Shown one piece after another: positions 27,300 through 41,069 of a DNA stretch of 64,000 nucleotides. The notes beneath the pieces were generated by a model, which worked only from the letters and a program-made list of their open reading frames with translations, had not been told where the DNA came from and did no database searches. The position numbers and the translations under genes are program-made. The stretch comes from Octopus sinensis (taxonomy: Eukaryota), in assembly GCF_006345805.1 (NCBI RefSeq), contig NC_043001.1, positions 124,620,001 through 124,684,000 on the forward strand, read 5' to 3'. Numbering within the stretch: the stretch's first letter is position 1; every line of letters begins with the position of its first letter.

Positions 27300-28140
27300 T
27301 ATATATTGTCGTTTGAATTAAACAAAAGTGAAAATAACAATGACATTTAATTTTAACAGAGATATTTACCAAAATTACATAAAGATATCTTGAAATGCTA
27401 AAGAGTAAACTTATTTAATAAAATCGCCGTGGCTTCAGTTACGGTCTCCAGATGATCTTGGAATCTCTTGCAAGCCTTCTGGACGGTCTCCTTGCTTAAG
27501 TTGGTGAATGCTTCCATAATCCTTGCCTTCAGTGTTCATCTTTGGTGTTACAAGGAGTTTTGTTTGTCTCTCGTTCAACTGCGCCCCACACATAATAATC
27601 AAGGGGGTTGCAGTCTGAGGAGTTAGGTGGCCAGGTATTATGGGTGATGTGGTCGCAGAAATTGTCTGACAGCCATGACTGGGTTCCTCTGTTTGTATGG
27701 CATTTTGCAGTCCTGTTGCCAGACATAGGGTCTTCCAACAGCCATCTTCTTGACCCAGGGCAGGGCTACCTCCTCCAGGCACTTCATGTAGGCCTCCGTG
27801 TTGAGTCCGAGGCAATTTGGGAAGATGAATGGAGGTATAACGTCGTCATCACTAGTGATCGGTCCAAAAACCAAACCATGATGTTGACTAGATGTTTGAT
27901 TTGTATCACTTTCGGTACGTGTCCTCAGATTGCATGTCCTCAAACTGACAACCAAGCACTCTGAAATGTTCGCATTGGAGCTTCCAGCGCGAATGCCAAC
28001 CAGTACACGATGTTGTTTCCAAATTTGTGACAGACTGAATTGAGTCATAGTGCTTTTTTTCTCACAGACGGTACCCAACTGAACCTACTATACTGTGTAG
28101 TTGACAAATAATAAAACATTTTGCATACATTGTATATGTG
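27300..28140 (-). mobile_element. Decayed, internally deleted Tc1/mariner DD37D (maT-type) transposon
   Basis: VFGPITSDDDVIPPFIF, YVWQQD, WPPNSSDCNPLDYYVWGAVE, with about 37 residues between the second and third Asp across a frameshift. TIRs were not confirmed. Confidence 0.8.
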
Positions 28141-28656
28141 TATATATATATATATGTGTGTGCATTCGTGCGCGTATGTGTGTGTGCGTGCGTACTTGTG
28201 TGTGTATATGTATGTATACATGTGTAAGCACATAAAATACAAAACAAGGGGCGGGGAAATAGTACTCGAACACCTAAGATAAATATGCTTTTATTAAAGC
28301 TGCAAAATCTTCACAGAACTGTTACTCAGAGTTTACACGTTCCAGTTCGTTGGACACATGCGTTCTGAAAGATTGAACTTGAAGTAGATGAAGTTACAAT
28401 AGGTTAATATCAGGTTAAAAATATTTGCACATTGTTAGTAATAGGACGTTTAAAGGGATGAGCTGGCAAAATCGTTAACACGTCGGGCAGAATGCTCGTC
28501 TTTACGTTTTGAGTTCTAATTTCGTCTAGGTCCACTTTGCCTTTCGTCTTATCAGGGTCAATTAAATAACCAGTAGTTGAGCAGCGTGGCTGGGATCGAT
28601 CTAATCGACTTAGCCCATTCCTTCAAATCGATGGATTTGTGCCAAAATTTAAAACC

Positions 28657-28897
28657 TATTTCTTTAATACCCACAAGGGGCTAAACACAGAGAGGATGAA
28701 CAAGGACAGACAAACGGATTAAGTCGATTATATCGACCCCAGTGCGTAACTGGTACTTAATTTATCGACTCCGAAAGGATGAAAGGCAAAGTCGACCTCG
28801 ATGGAATTTGAACTCAGAACGTAGCGGCAGACGAAATACCGCTAAGCATTTCGCTCGGCGTGCTTAACGTGCTTAACGTTTCTGCCAGCTCGCCGCC
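28657..28897 (-). mobile_element. SINE family A monomer (tail-to-tail with a degraded copy at about 28455-28650)
   Basis: Full head-to-tail match to family A, with a 9-bp internal duplication gtgcttaac. Confidence 0.88.
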
Positions 28898-29383
28898 TTT
28901 TGAAACCGCTGTTTATAGAACCTTTGTCGTGTTTACACTAGAAGTGGGTTCAAAGTCAACACCTACACGCTAACATTTATAGCTTTATCTACGTCAAGAT
29001 AGATAACGAGAGTGTGTGCGTGCATATGTGTATACACCTTTGGCAGACATTTCAATTTACATTCGAAAGTTTTACACGCGTGATTGTTTAACGTTTATAT
29101 ATTATCAACATCATTGTTTGTTTGTTGTTGATTTGCATTTGTTTTACTTTACTGCTAATTACTGGTTTGTTTATTAATTTTTGACTGTCTTTGACTTTGC
29201 ATTATATATAAAAAAAAAACAGTTCTTCTTGTAAGACTTTCATGTTGGCGATTATTTAATTTCGAAATATACATGTGTAAATGTGTATGTATCTATGTAT
29301 ATTTGTATGTGCTTTGTGTAAGTTTGTATATACATATATACATACACGCACACACACAGACACACACAGACACACACACACAG

Positions 29384-29419
<36 letters not shown>

Positions 29420-29812
29420 TAGTGAGTTATAATATACAGACCTCTATAGTTAGGGAAAATATATATATAGACAGATAGATTTAAAGATAGGAATGATACA
29501 CACCAATACTCATAAACACACACAAAACACAGACATATGTGTGCCCGTGTGAGTGCTTACAAATGCATATGTATGAATATAAATACATCTATGTATATAT
29601 ATGTGTGTATGTGTGAGTATGTGCGTATATATATGTATATATACATGTATATGTCTATATATTTATATATGTGTATATACGTATATATATGTTGTGTGGT
29701 GTGGTGTGCGCGCGTATATGGTGAGTATGTGTGAGTATGTATGTATGTATATATATATATATATATTTATATATATTATATTTATATATATAATATATAT
29801 ATATATATATAT

Positions 29813-29852
<40 letters not shown>

Positions 29853-29952
29853 NNNNNNNNNNNNNNNNNNNNNNNNNNNNNNNNNNNNNNNNNNNNNNNN
29901 NNNNNNNNNNNNNNNNNNNNNNNNNNNNNNNNNNNNNNNNNNNNNNNNNNNN
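29853..29952. other. Assembly gap (100 N, probably a placeholder size)
   Basis: Run of N between (TA)n and a partial SINE A. Confidence 0.98.
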
Positions 29953-30896
29953 ATCGACCCCAGTGCGTAACTGGTACTTATTTAATCGACCCCGAAAGGA
30001 TGAAAGACAAAGCCAGTCGGTGGAATTTGAACTCAGAACGTAACGATTCTGCCAGCTCGCCGCCTTCCAACAAAGTATTATTGTTAAGCTAAAACTCTTG
30101 CTAATGTAAAGAGAAATGGAATGGTACAACTGTTCTTTTTTTTTTCTGTAACAACAACATTTTGGACTTACGAGATTGTTTTCCATAATAACAACGATAT
30201 ATATATCATAGACGAAATACCAAACGTTGCCAGGACTGAGGACACATGGAATTGTCGTTGTTAATGTCGCTACGTGATTTTCTTGTGTGTGTGTGTTTGT
30301 GTTTGTGTTGTGTGTGTGTGTGTATGTGTGTGTGTGTGTGTGTGTTCGTGTTCGAAAATTTGTGTTTCTTTTTGAGCCACATATTACGATTCTACAAAAT
30401 AATTAAAGGATAATATTCATTAATTGGATTTGAATCCTGTTCCTTCTCCGCTTAATCCTAAGCCCGAATTGTATCCCTAAACTTTAACCTTAAATTGAAA
30501 AACTTAAGCTCAAAAGGTTAACTTTACCTTAAAATACTAATTTATTTCAAAATCCCTCACATTGCAGGTTGGACATATCTTAGTGTCATAATCTAAAAAT
30601 CAAGTGTTTCTAAGTACACAATTCACTATGAAAATGATGTGGGGGCTTGCATCCTTCTCAACGGAGAAGGAAGGAGATGAAAGAAGATGATAGAAATTTC
30701 GAAAAAGATTTCTTTGGAAAATACCGTATTATGTATGTGTGTGTAAATGTGTGTATCTGTGTGTGTATATAAATATATATATATACATATATATATGCAC
30801 TCACGACTCACGCGCGCACAAACACATACACCACACCCACACACATAGACACTTACACATCCAATATATATATACATACCACACACATATATATAT

Positions 30897-31001
<105 letters not shown>

Positions 31002-31233
31002 TTGATATATATGCATCAGTGTATGTATAAGGTGTGGAATTGTAATGATATTTGGTTGAAAATTGGGTATGAATTTACTGCTACATGATTAGTAATTCAC
31101 CCAAAATAATTTGTTCCTCAGCTTTCTAGAATCCAGTAGGTGCTTCTAATAATCTGCGCTAAATTCAAGCATCATAGTTGTTCCTTTCTATAAATGTATC
31201 TCTTTAAAATCATGTTTAATTTTACCGTTTCAG

Positions 31234-31341
31234 GGGCCAAGTTAGATTAGTGATTGATAATTATCAACATCCAAAACAATTCAAGAAACTGACGAGTGAA
31301 CTCCACGAGCACATTAAAAAGGACAAACAGAAAATTACAAG
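31234..31341 (+). CDS. Internal coding exon of the CNBD2-like gene (beta strand after FYIIL plus linker)
   Basis: tttaattttaccgtttcag| GQVRLVIDNYQHPKQFKKLTSELHEHIKKDKQKIT AG|gtaaat. 108 nt, open, phase 2 to phase 2. Confidence 0.6.
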
Positions 31342-32399
31342 GTAAATTATATTTCCAACTACTTTTAACTTCAGCAGAATCGTCCGAATGGTTAGAGCGG
31401 CGGGAAAAACACCGTGCGTTGGTTTTCTTCTCTTTATTTATTTATTTTTTAATTCTTTACATTCGGAGTTAAAATCCCACAGAGGTTAACTTTACGATTT
31501 ATCTTTGTGGAAGAGGTTGACAAGTAAAATATTTGTCATGGTAACGGACTGGTGGATTCGTTAGATCGCCTGATAAGAAGAGGTCATGCATTCTGAGTTC
31601 AAATCCCACCAAGACCTACTAACACAGTAGGCTTTAATCTATCGCCTAGTAATAACACCACCTGGCACTTTAGCTATCTTAGCGGAGTCCACTCTGTTTC
31701 TAGTATTCAGATTAGATTTCCAGTTCGAGAATACCTTCTTACCTCCCTTTCATCAATCTCGTAGGGCTCTAAAAAGGGTAATAAAACCTGCTGCTTTCCT
31801 CCCTATGTAATGAAAAGAAGGTTTCATTTCGGCGTTCTGTTTTAAAGGATTAAGTTGATAACATTGTAAAGTACCGGATTAAATATCTTGCACTATTATG
31901 ACACTTCTATTTGTATTTTGAGCTTAACTTCCACAAGTTATCAACGTTTACTTTCAATCTTTCCTCGTCTATAAAATATCAGCCGTATATTATTGCTTGA
32001 CAGTCAGGCAGATCAAAAGCGTTCCATCCTTGGCCTGTTTTTTTATTCATACATTATATTGATAACTACATTATCAAATGGGTTCTTCATTTTTCAAAAC
32101 AGTATGCTGTAATTTAAGGTGTAATTGGCTGTTGTTTCTAGTTGGTCGAGTGACCATGTAGAATATCTCTAGCTTGCTCCAGATACATACCATTTGTATA
32201 GTTGGAGTTGGTTCAAATCACTAGCACCTCTCTCTTATATAACCTTTAAAAGCTATGGCAATGTAAAAAGGCATTATCTTTTCGTCCTGTTAGTCACAAA
32301 ATCTACAAACGATAGATTATACTACTTTCATGAAAAAAAAGAAGGTAAAATCATGGAAACGAGGGACCGCAAAATGATCACACACTAAGTTTTAATGGG

Positions 32400-33150
32400 T
32401 TAGTAAGATCTAGGTACAAGACCCACTGGAGCACAGAGATCACTTCGACAAGAAGGTCAGCTACGAGCTAGGCTTACTGAGGCAATAGGATCGTTTGGAC
32501 TGTAAGATAAACAGGGAGCAAAGATTACTAGGTTACCAGGCCAACAGGGGCACTGGGTTCACCTAGGTACAAAGCTTATCTGAGCACTAGATTTTAAGGA
32601 CAACTAGCCACTAAGTTCACTTAGGAGTTCAGCTTACTTAAATACTGGATTATCAGATTACTAAATGTATGTGAGCATTAGGATCACTTATACACTCTCT
32701 TACTTGCCTACTAAGCTTACCTGAGCACTATGCATATTAAGGCAGCTGAATAACCTGAGCACTGCTTTTTCTTTGACAAAAAGTTTACCTGGGCAATATG
32801 TTTACTTGAATTACTGGGTATACGTGCGCGCCACGATCACCTGTGCATGAGGTATACCTAGCTGCTAAGATAAAATGAGAACTAGGATTACGTGGGTTCT
32901 AGATAACCCGGACACTGGGTTCAACAGGCACTAGATTCATCTGGGTACTATGCTTAAGCAAATAACTGGACATGCGTTAGAGCTAGAATTGTCTATATAT
33001 CAAGATCGCATGAAGTTTATAATCACTTGAGTAATAGGGTTACTTGGACTCTAGGATCGGCTGAGATCTAGGATCGATTAAACATTGATATTGCCTGAGT
33101 ACTAGGATCACCTAATCACTAGAATCAACTGGGGACTAGGCTGATCAAAA
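32400..33150. repeat. Highly degenerate ~17-18-bp minisatellite (about ctgagcactaggatcac)
   Basis: Recurrent ctagga, gagcacta and gatcac motifs. Confidence 0.45.
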
Positions 33151-33505
33151 TGACCAAACATTGATTTGTATCTGAAACACAAGGAAGGTATACAATATAC
33201 TGAATGTAAGGGATAGATTAATACTTTATTCTTACTTTATTGAGCTTCATATAAATAAAAGGAGAATTTTACTCTGGAGCACTTAGATGAGCCGAGCTCA
33301 GTACTCAATGCCATTTTATCAGACACTCTGCAATTTTTTTTTTTTTCATTTGTACATGAGAACAGTAAAGTTCATAAATGTCGCATATTACTGATATTCA
33401 TTCATTTACAAATTTGACTGATTCTTAATGAAGAGTTGGAGACAAAATATAGCTCATTCTAGTGCATGCAATGCATTTTATGTTAAAACCTCTAAGTATT
33501 GAAAA

Positions 33506-33895
33506 TCTTTATATATAAAAGTAAGGTTGTGTGTCTGTCTACTCCGATTTAGATTCCTAACTACTCCCACATTTTGCGGTGCAGTTTAACCAAAACCGGG
33601 TATCTTATAGTCGTGATTCATATCGAGCCTTTCTGGGTATTAGCGCGCGTCTACGATGAGTCTACGATTTAAAAAATAGTTTACCATCATTTTTTTCCAT
33701 TTTAATGCATATTTTTTTAAAGGGAAGTAACTCTCTAAAAATGTCTACGATGAGTCGACGATTTTTTAAAAAATTTACCATCATATTTTTTCCATTTTTA
33801 ATGCATTTTTTTGCTATTTTTTTGCTATAACTCTCTAAAAATGCTTTATAGTTATTTCCCTTACAAACCCGAGCAACGCCGGGCGATACTGCTAG
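33506..33895 (+). mobile_element. Non-autonomous Helitron
   Basis: A|TC start, subterminal hairpin cccgagcaacgccggg, CTAG|T end, no TSD. Confidence 0.82.
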
Positions 33896-35095
33896 TAAAA
33901 ACTAAATCTGAAGCGGTTTCAATTCAGGAATAAAATAGAGCAATGAAGTAACGAGCTTTTTATATCCGACTCTCAGTTGCTGCTTCTACAACACTATTGC
34001 CGTCAGAGAGAAGAACAGAGCCTTTATATAGTAACGAAGCCTGCTTGAAATAGCAGCCAAATCTTTCTAAATAAAACCATATTTTTATAAGACAAGGAAG
34101 GGAATTTTAACTATTGTAGTCCTACATATTTCCAAAACCTTGATATTTACAGTCGAAATATTGATGATAGGTGTACATGATCAGAGATGAACTGGAGGAT
34201 AGAAAACATGATTAAGGGAGCTAAATTTCTGCGTACTCACTAGTGACTCCTTAACAATACTAACAAAATTTGCGTTAATGACTACTATCTCGAATTGTGT
34301 GTGGTGTGTGTGTGTGTCTGTGTGTGTGCATGTATAAAGTCGATTTGAATTTTTTATTTGATGTTTCTTCAAAAACGATCCGAGAAAATATGGTCCCAAT
34401 AGACATATACGTATGATTAACCCTAACCCTAACGCTTCGCAGGTAATTGGTTTTGGTTTCAGATTCAATCATACCACAGTACAGCACCTTTGGGCAAGTA
34501 ATTTGTACCGTAGGTTTTGATCGACCAAAGCTTTGTTGGTGAATTTTGATAGACGAAACCCTGTCGCGCAAGTTATAGTTTTTCAAGAATAATAGAATTA
34601 GTCTATCGCTTTTTAACATCACCACGTGGCGTTTGGGTTTGAAATCATTCAGACCATGTCTCTAATCTGAGGAGAATTTTCTCTCTTTTTGCTACCAGTC
34701 ACGGAGGCTCTAAAAGTATCTTGGGCGTTTCCCTTTCTTTTCTCACTAAGCCTTAAAATATTGATTTCAATTTTGTTACAATGTTCTAAATTTGAAAGGG
34801 CGGCGTATAAAAGATTGAATCATCGATTCCTCATAGATTATATTTCATAAGCATATAAGAGGCAGCCATTTGTATGAGGGATCAATGAATCAATAATCAG
34901 CAGCAGCAAAGCAGTAGTAGCAACAGCAACAATAGAAATAATCTTGCATTTTCAAAATTTGCGGCTAAAAGTTTACGAGCCGTAACTCTGCAGCAGACAT
35001 GGTTTATTTTCAGCCCAGCAGATGGGGAAAACGTGAATATAACGTTCCTTCCAATCCGAAATCGAACACACAATCTTACCATCTCAAATCCAACA

Positions 35096-35400
35096 GCCTT
35101 GTGAGTGGATTTGGTACATGGAAACTGAAAGAAGCCTGTTGTATATATGTATATATATAATATATATGTATGTGTGTGTATATGTTTGTGTGTCTGTGTT
35201 TGTCCTCCCAACATCGCTTGACAACCGATGCTGGTGCGTTTACGTCCCCGTAACTTAGCGGTTCAGCAAAAGGGACCGATAGAATAAGTACTAGGTTTCC
35301 AAAGAATAAGTCCTGGGGTCGAATTGCTCGACTAAATGCGGTGCTCCAGCATGGTCGCAGTCAAATGACTGAATCAAGTAAAAGAGTAAAAGCGTAAAAG
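35096..35400 (+). mobile_element. 5'-truncated SINE family B
   Basis: Body and tail match family B. Confidence 0.85.
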
Positions 35401-36422
35401 TGAGCCTAACCACATGGCTACGTTGCCTCCATGAGGTATGATTGTATAAATTAATTCGGGTGAAATTTGAACTCAGAATGTAAAGAGACATAACTAAGTA
35501 CCGTTTCCCACTAAAAGTTTCTGTCTCTGTAAACTTCAATTAAAAAATTGTGACATGAACAATGAGTTCTTCCATTCACGCAAGGTTACAAATTGTAAGC
35601 AACGCCACTGTTCATCAGATCAACTCCAGTTCTTGACAGTTATTTATCTTATCGACCCAAAGATTTAGTGTCAACGCCAGCAATATTCAGAACGTAAATA
35701 AATACAGCAAACCATTCCGTCCGGTCATCTACCGACCGATTTCTCCCCCCCAATCCACCGTTATTTTGATATTGAAAGCAGTCACTGTAATATTCTTTTT
35801 AATTAGGAACACAAACAATTGTTAAATACTCTGTTGTTTCTATACATAAACAATTTATTTTTAAACAGAAAAGAAAAATTCTATTAATGAATCGATTATT
35901 ACTATGTTTTAAATTTTTTTTATTAAATTGCAATAAATAATTCATTTATTATCTTCCAAGCGATATGTCTTTAAAACTGTAAAACACATTTGAAATTTAT
36001 CAAACGATTTATCAATGTTGTGTGTTTTATTGTAGTATCATATCTCTGTGGTATTTTGGAATTTTAAGCACTTTATTAAAAGTACTGTAAAACAAAGCAA
36101 AAGCAAAATTATTGGAAATTGTTTCTGCACATGCGTAAAACCAAAATAACATTTGTTTTAGACTCATTGATTCAAAACACTAATGACTGAAATAACCTTA
36201 TGTTAATGTTGCTGCAGTTATGATTCTTCTTTTCCTTCTTTTCCCTCTTTCTTGCCTCTACTTTAAATACATTTACTACTACTACCTCTGCTACTACTAT
36301 TTCTCCTCTTCTACTTCTTCATCATCATTTTTTCTCGTCTTCTTTGCAACACACGATACACAAAAAATCTTGAAACTTTGAAACTAAGTCGTTTGGATGA
36401 TGAGAGATTTAAACAAACAAAA

Positions 36423-36660
36423 GGCGGCGAGCTGGGAGAAACGTTAGCGCGCCGGGCGAAATACTTAGCGGCATTTCGTCTGCCGTTACATTCTGAGTTC
36501 AAATTCCGTCGAGGTTGACTTTGCCTTTCATCCTTTCGGGGTCGATAAATTAAGTACCAGTTACGTTCTGGAGTCGATGTAATCGACTTAATCCGTTTGT
36601 CTGTGCTTGTTTGTCCCCTTTATGTTTAGCCCCTTGTGGGTAATAAAGAAATATGAAATA
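36423..36660 (+). mobile_element. SINE family A monomer with a 16-bp TSD
   Basis: TSD agatttaaacaaacaa at 36405-36420 and 36661-36676. Confidence 0.92.
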
Positions 36661-36683
36661 AGATTTAAACAAACAAGACAATA

Positions 36684-37106
36684 GGCGCAGGAGTGGCTGT
36701 GTGGTAAGTAGCTTGCTTTCCAACCACATGGTTCCGGGTTCAGTCCCACTGCGTGGCATCTTGGGCAAGTGTCTTCTGCTATAACCCCGGGCCGACCAAT
36801 GCCTTGTGAGTGGATTTGGTAGACGGAAACTGAAAGAAGCCTGTCGTATATATGTATATATATATATGTGTGTATGTGTATATGTTTGTGTGTCTGTGTT
36901 TGTCCCCCTAGCATTGCTTGACAACCGATGCTGGTGTGTTTACGTCCCCGTCACTTAGCGGTTCGGCAAAAGAGACCGATAGAATAAGTACTGGGCTTAC
37001 AAAAGAATAAGTCCCGGGGTCGATTTGCTCGACTAAAGGCGGTGCTCCAGCATGGCCGCAATCAAATGACTGAAACAAGTAAAAGAGAGAGAAAAGAGTA
37101 AAGAGT
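36684..37106 (+). mobile_element. Full-length SINE family B with a TSD
   Basis: TSD aagacaata at 36675-36683 and 37107-37115. Confidence 0.92.
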
Positions 37107-37146
37107 AAGACAATAGATATAGTTTTATTCGCAACGAGAAACAGCA

Positions 37147-37516
37147 TCTCTCTATATATAAACGGCAGTTTGTCTGTGTGTGTTTCTGTGTGTCTGTTAG
37201 GTTGTACCCTCACCCTGACCACGGCTTTCAACCGATTCTGATGAAACTTAACACACACATAGCCCAATGTCATAATTCAAAACTAACGCAGCGAAAATTT
37301 TGAAAAGTTCCCCCAGTTCTGAAAAAAATCGATAAATTCGACATGGGGTCGAGAATCAGAAACACAAACCACAGACTGTCTAGGGGACGCAACTCGACCT
37401 TTTTAACTAAAAAAAATTTACCATAATTTTTTTTCCATTTTTTGGCTATAACTCTCTAAAAATGCTTTATAGTTATTTCCCTTACAAACCCGAGCAACGC
37501 CGGGCGATACTGCTAG
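37147..37516 (+). mobile_element. Non-autonomous Helitron sharing its 3' end with 33506-33895
   Basis: A|TC start. The last ~80 nt match the other copy, including the hairpin and CTAG|T. Confidence 0.82.
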
Positions 37517-38834
37517 TTTTCTTATAAAACCTGTCACTCTAAAATAAAGTATCGGCAAACTGATTTTACAAACCGATTTCTATATTGAAGCTTAATTTTT
37601 TTTCCCTAAAGTCATTTATTACATTTTATAAATCCAAGTATTGTGAAATTTGAATGTATGTGTGTGTGTGTGTGTGTTGATAAGAAAATATTAGGAGAGC
37701 TGTACTTATGAAGTACCCAGTACTGGTGGCGGAGTCACGAGACTGACCTAAAATGTGTTAGCGAAAGCAGAAGCTTTTTGCCAAAGCATTAAATCTATAA
37801 TGTAAAGTATAGAAGCCATCTTATCATGGCTAACCACATTGGGGAGGGGGGTGTTACTGTAGCTTTATAGCCCCAAGAGATCGTCGTCTCTAGCTGGCTT
37901 TAGACACAATATCAGTGTCCTTGGAGTATTTGCAAAGGGAGGCCATCCCTTCCTCGCAAGCCTGAGTGATACGCTCGAACTAGTTTCGGGATTGTTGTCC
38001 CTCGTCAACGGGCGGTAACCACTAGGTCGCGATGAAAGTGAAGGCTGCTTTGCAAATATATATAAGTTTTTCTAGTGGCGTCTGCCACTGATGTCGAAAA
38101 ACGAACAGTAAGCATAATTAAATCTCAGAATGAGATTGAAACAGTAATCGCCCGATAATGTAAGAAATAAATAAAATATCTGGTCATTTAACTCGCATAG
38201 AGCCATCTTGGAGATTCTTGTCTCCTCGGTCTTCGAATCACAAATTTTCTTATAGATGTATGTATGGGGGTGTTTATATGTGCATGTGTGTGAGTGTGTG
38301 AGTATGTATTTGCGTGGAGGTTAGATGATGGGGTGTATATGCTTGAGTTGGTCAATATTTGAAGAAACGTTGTACCACTTTCATCCCTGCTAAAGACGGG
38401 GTTTTCTATATTTATTTTTATCATATTCCTGAGAACAACGTTTGTTCATCTGCACACAAACCATACTCTAATTCTATTTAGGTTCTGTAAAATCAAAACG
38501 GAATACTTGTTTCAATGCGAGAACATGTAGACGGTATGGAAAAGTAAGACGTATCAATTGTCCTAAGGTCATCCAACATCGTAGAAATATGTTACTCTTT
38601 TACTCTTTTACTTGTTTCAGTCATTTGACTGCGGCCATGCTGGAGCACCGCCTTTAGTCGAGCAAATCGCCCCCGGGACTTATTCTTTGTAAGCCCAGTA
38701 CTTATTCTATCGGTCTCTTTTTGCCGAACCGCTAAGTGACGGGGACGTAAACACACCGGCATCGGTGTCAAGCAATGCTAGGGGGACAAACACACAAACA
38801 CACACACATACATATATATATATATACATATAAC

Positions 38835-39042
38835 GGGAAGCTTTATGAAAATAAACAAAAGACGAAGGCAGGTGGAGTACAAACAAACAAATGTATTAGT
38901 ATAGCGCTCAGGAATATAAATAAAACAAGTCTTTTACGTTTCGAGCCTACGCTCTTCAACAGAAAGATACACAGAAAAGAAACACAGAAAGAAACAAGGA
39001 GAGAAAAAAAATGCGTGCAGAGGCTAGCAAATCAACATGGCG
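38835..39042 (-). mobile_element. Short Penelope-like terminal (pLTR-like) element carrying a hammerhead-like motif
   Basis: Second copy at 58230-58414. Minimal type-I hammerhead topology at 38930-38967. Confidence 0.55.
38930..38967 (-). ncRNA. Minimal type-I hammerhead-like ribozyme motif with a variant core (CUGUUGA)
   Basis: Minus strand: UCUUU CUGUUGA A GAGC-GUAG-GCUC GAAA CG UA^ AAAGA. Stem I is UCUUU/AAAGA, stem II is 4 bp, and ACGU is palindromic in place of stem III. Confidence 0.45.
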
Positions 39043-39943
39043 ATGACAGGTTTCTTTCAGTTTCCGTCTACCAAATCCACTCACAAGACATTGGTCGGCC
39101 CGGGCCTATAGCAGAAGACACTTGCCCAAGATGCCACGCAGTGGGACTGAACCCGGACCCATGTGGCTGGTTAGCAAGCTACTTACCACACAGCCACTCC
39201 TGTCAAAGAAGTAATTACGACTGAAAATGTGAAATACATATTAAAGAGACAAGCAGTGAATCTGCTGCCAATAGTGCGACGAGTAAAATGTGTCTGTGCC
39301 TGCGTTTAAGTTATTAAGTATGTATTCTAGATGTTCAGTTACGATTGCTCAGTTGGTCGTATATTTCTGTAATATTCGACGACTTAGAACAATTAACATA
39401 TCTCATTTATACAATATTAGCATTGAAACAAGCTTTCGCATTCAATCCTACGAGACTTAAATTAAGGCTTATACGCGGATTGACGTACGTTGTTGTCAGT
39501 AATGTAACAGAAACGGTTCCAAAAAATATAGACTTCATCGAAGTGACAGCGTTAAAGATATTCATAGCACTTAAAATATGTTTATAACAACAGGGACATC
39601 AAGATATAAAAAAAAAGACGATTAATGTTAAAACACCTATCATTCTAAATTTCAGCGAATATAACCAGAAAATCAATCAAGTCTTAAATGTCGTCTCTAA
39701 ATTGTTAATAACAACTCCAGGGACTCAAAAGTCCACCTTAATAAGCTTATTGATTATTTGAATTCACTAGAGAAATAAATGTTAAACTAACCATTACTAT
39801 GGTGAATTCTAGCCAACATACGTCTACGACAGCTAAATCTCCATAATTTGAACTATTCTATGAGACCTGCAAGACAACATCTTCACTTGCAATATCAACG
39901 GAGGATTTAATCATATAATCATACAATATACTTAATTCTACCT

Positions 39944-40175
39944 ATTTCTTTACTACCCACAAGGGGCTAAACACAGAGGTAACAAACAAGGTCAGACAAG
40001 GGGATTAAGTCGATTATATCGACCCCAGTGTGTAACTGGTACTTAATTTATCGACCTCGAAAGGATGAAAGGCAAAGTCGACCTCGGCGGAATTTGAACT
40101 CAGAACGTAGCGCTAGACGAAATACCGCAAAGCATTTCGCCCAGCGTGCTAACGTTTCTGCCAGTTCGTCGCCCT
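39944..40175 (-). mobile_element. SINE family A monomer with a TSD
   Basis: TSD acttaattctacct at 39930-39943 and 40182-40195. Confidence 0.9.
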
Positions 40176-40759
40176 AAATACACTTAATTCTACCTGTTGA
40201 TCAATTCTAACCGATAATCTATATATATAATCAATAGACACTTGATTCGCTACACATCAAGAGTCCCCTGAATTGTGAATACTTTACTATGCCTACACAA
40301 AATCAGATTAAATTTGCTAATCTCGAATCTTAAATCACGAAGTATTTCACATCAAAAAGGATACTATTGTAAATGCTTTTAAGTTAGCTTACTAGTACGA
40401 ATATTGCGACGGGTCACGCGATTTTGGCCACTACTAATCATATTTTTTTTTCGAAACATTGAATGCAAACCGCGAAGACTTGACAAGCAATGCCTAGTTT
40501 GTTTTTGCTTCTTGTTTTTTTTTTTCTACTAAAAGTTATATAAAAATCATATACGAGTAACAAACTCAACATAAAATTATATTGGCTCACAGCCTGGAGA
40601 TTTTAAGATATGGATAGAACAGATTTAATCAACCTAGTATTTGATTGCTATATAACATGGTCGCAACGGAGAAATAAACAGCAAAGAAAATTCTAAGTTT
40701 GTTCTTTTATTATTGTCATTATAACAATATTCATTATAACTATATCCATGATGATAATA

Positions 40760-41069
40760 ATGAGAAGAAGAAGAAGAAGAAGAAGAAGAAGAAGAAGAAA
40801 AAGAAGAAGAAGAAGAAGAAGAAGAAGAAAAAGAAGAAGAAAAGAAGAAGAAGAAGAAGAAGAAGAAGAAAAGAAGAAGAAGAAGAAGAAGCAAGAAGAA
40901 GTAGAAGAAGCAAGAAGAAGAAGAACAACAACAACAACAAAGAAGAAGAAGAAGCAAGAAGAAGAAGAAGAAGAAGGAGAAGAAGAAGAATAAGAAGAAG
41001 AAGAAGAAGAAGAAGAAGAACAACAACAACAACAACAACAACAACAATAACAACAACAACAACAACAAC
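40760..41069. repeat. (AAG)n grading into (AAC)n trinucleotide array
   Basis: Direct reading. Confidence 0.95.

Larger units (their letters stand above)
38593..39202 (-). mobile_element. SINE family B interrupted by a ~210-bp insertion
   Basis: Tail at 38593, head at about 39200, foreign segment at 38835-39042. Confidence 0.88.

Noticed and set aside
28320-28360. Possible degenerate hammerhead at a repeat end
   Set aside because: Core, stem II and GAAA are all imperfect, so it cannot be supported from this copy.
40216-40440. Possible third Helitron
   Set aside because: The TC start and CTAG/hairpin features point in conflicting orientations.
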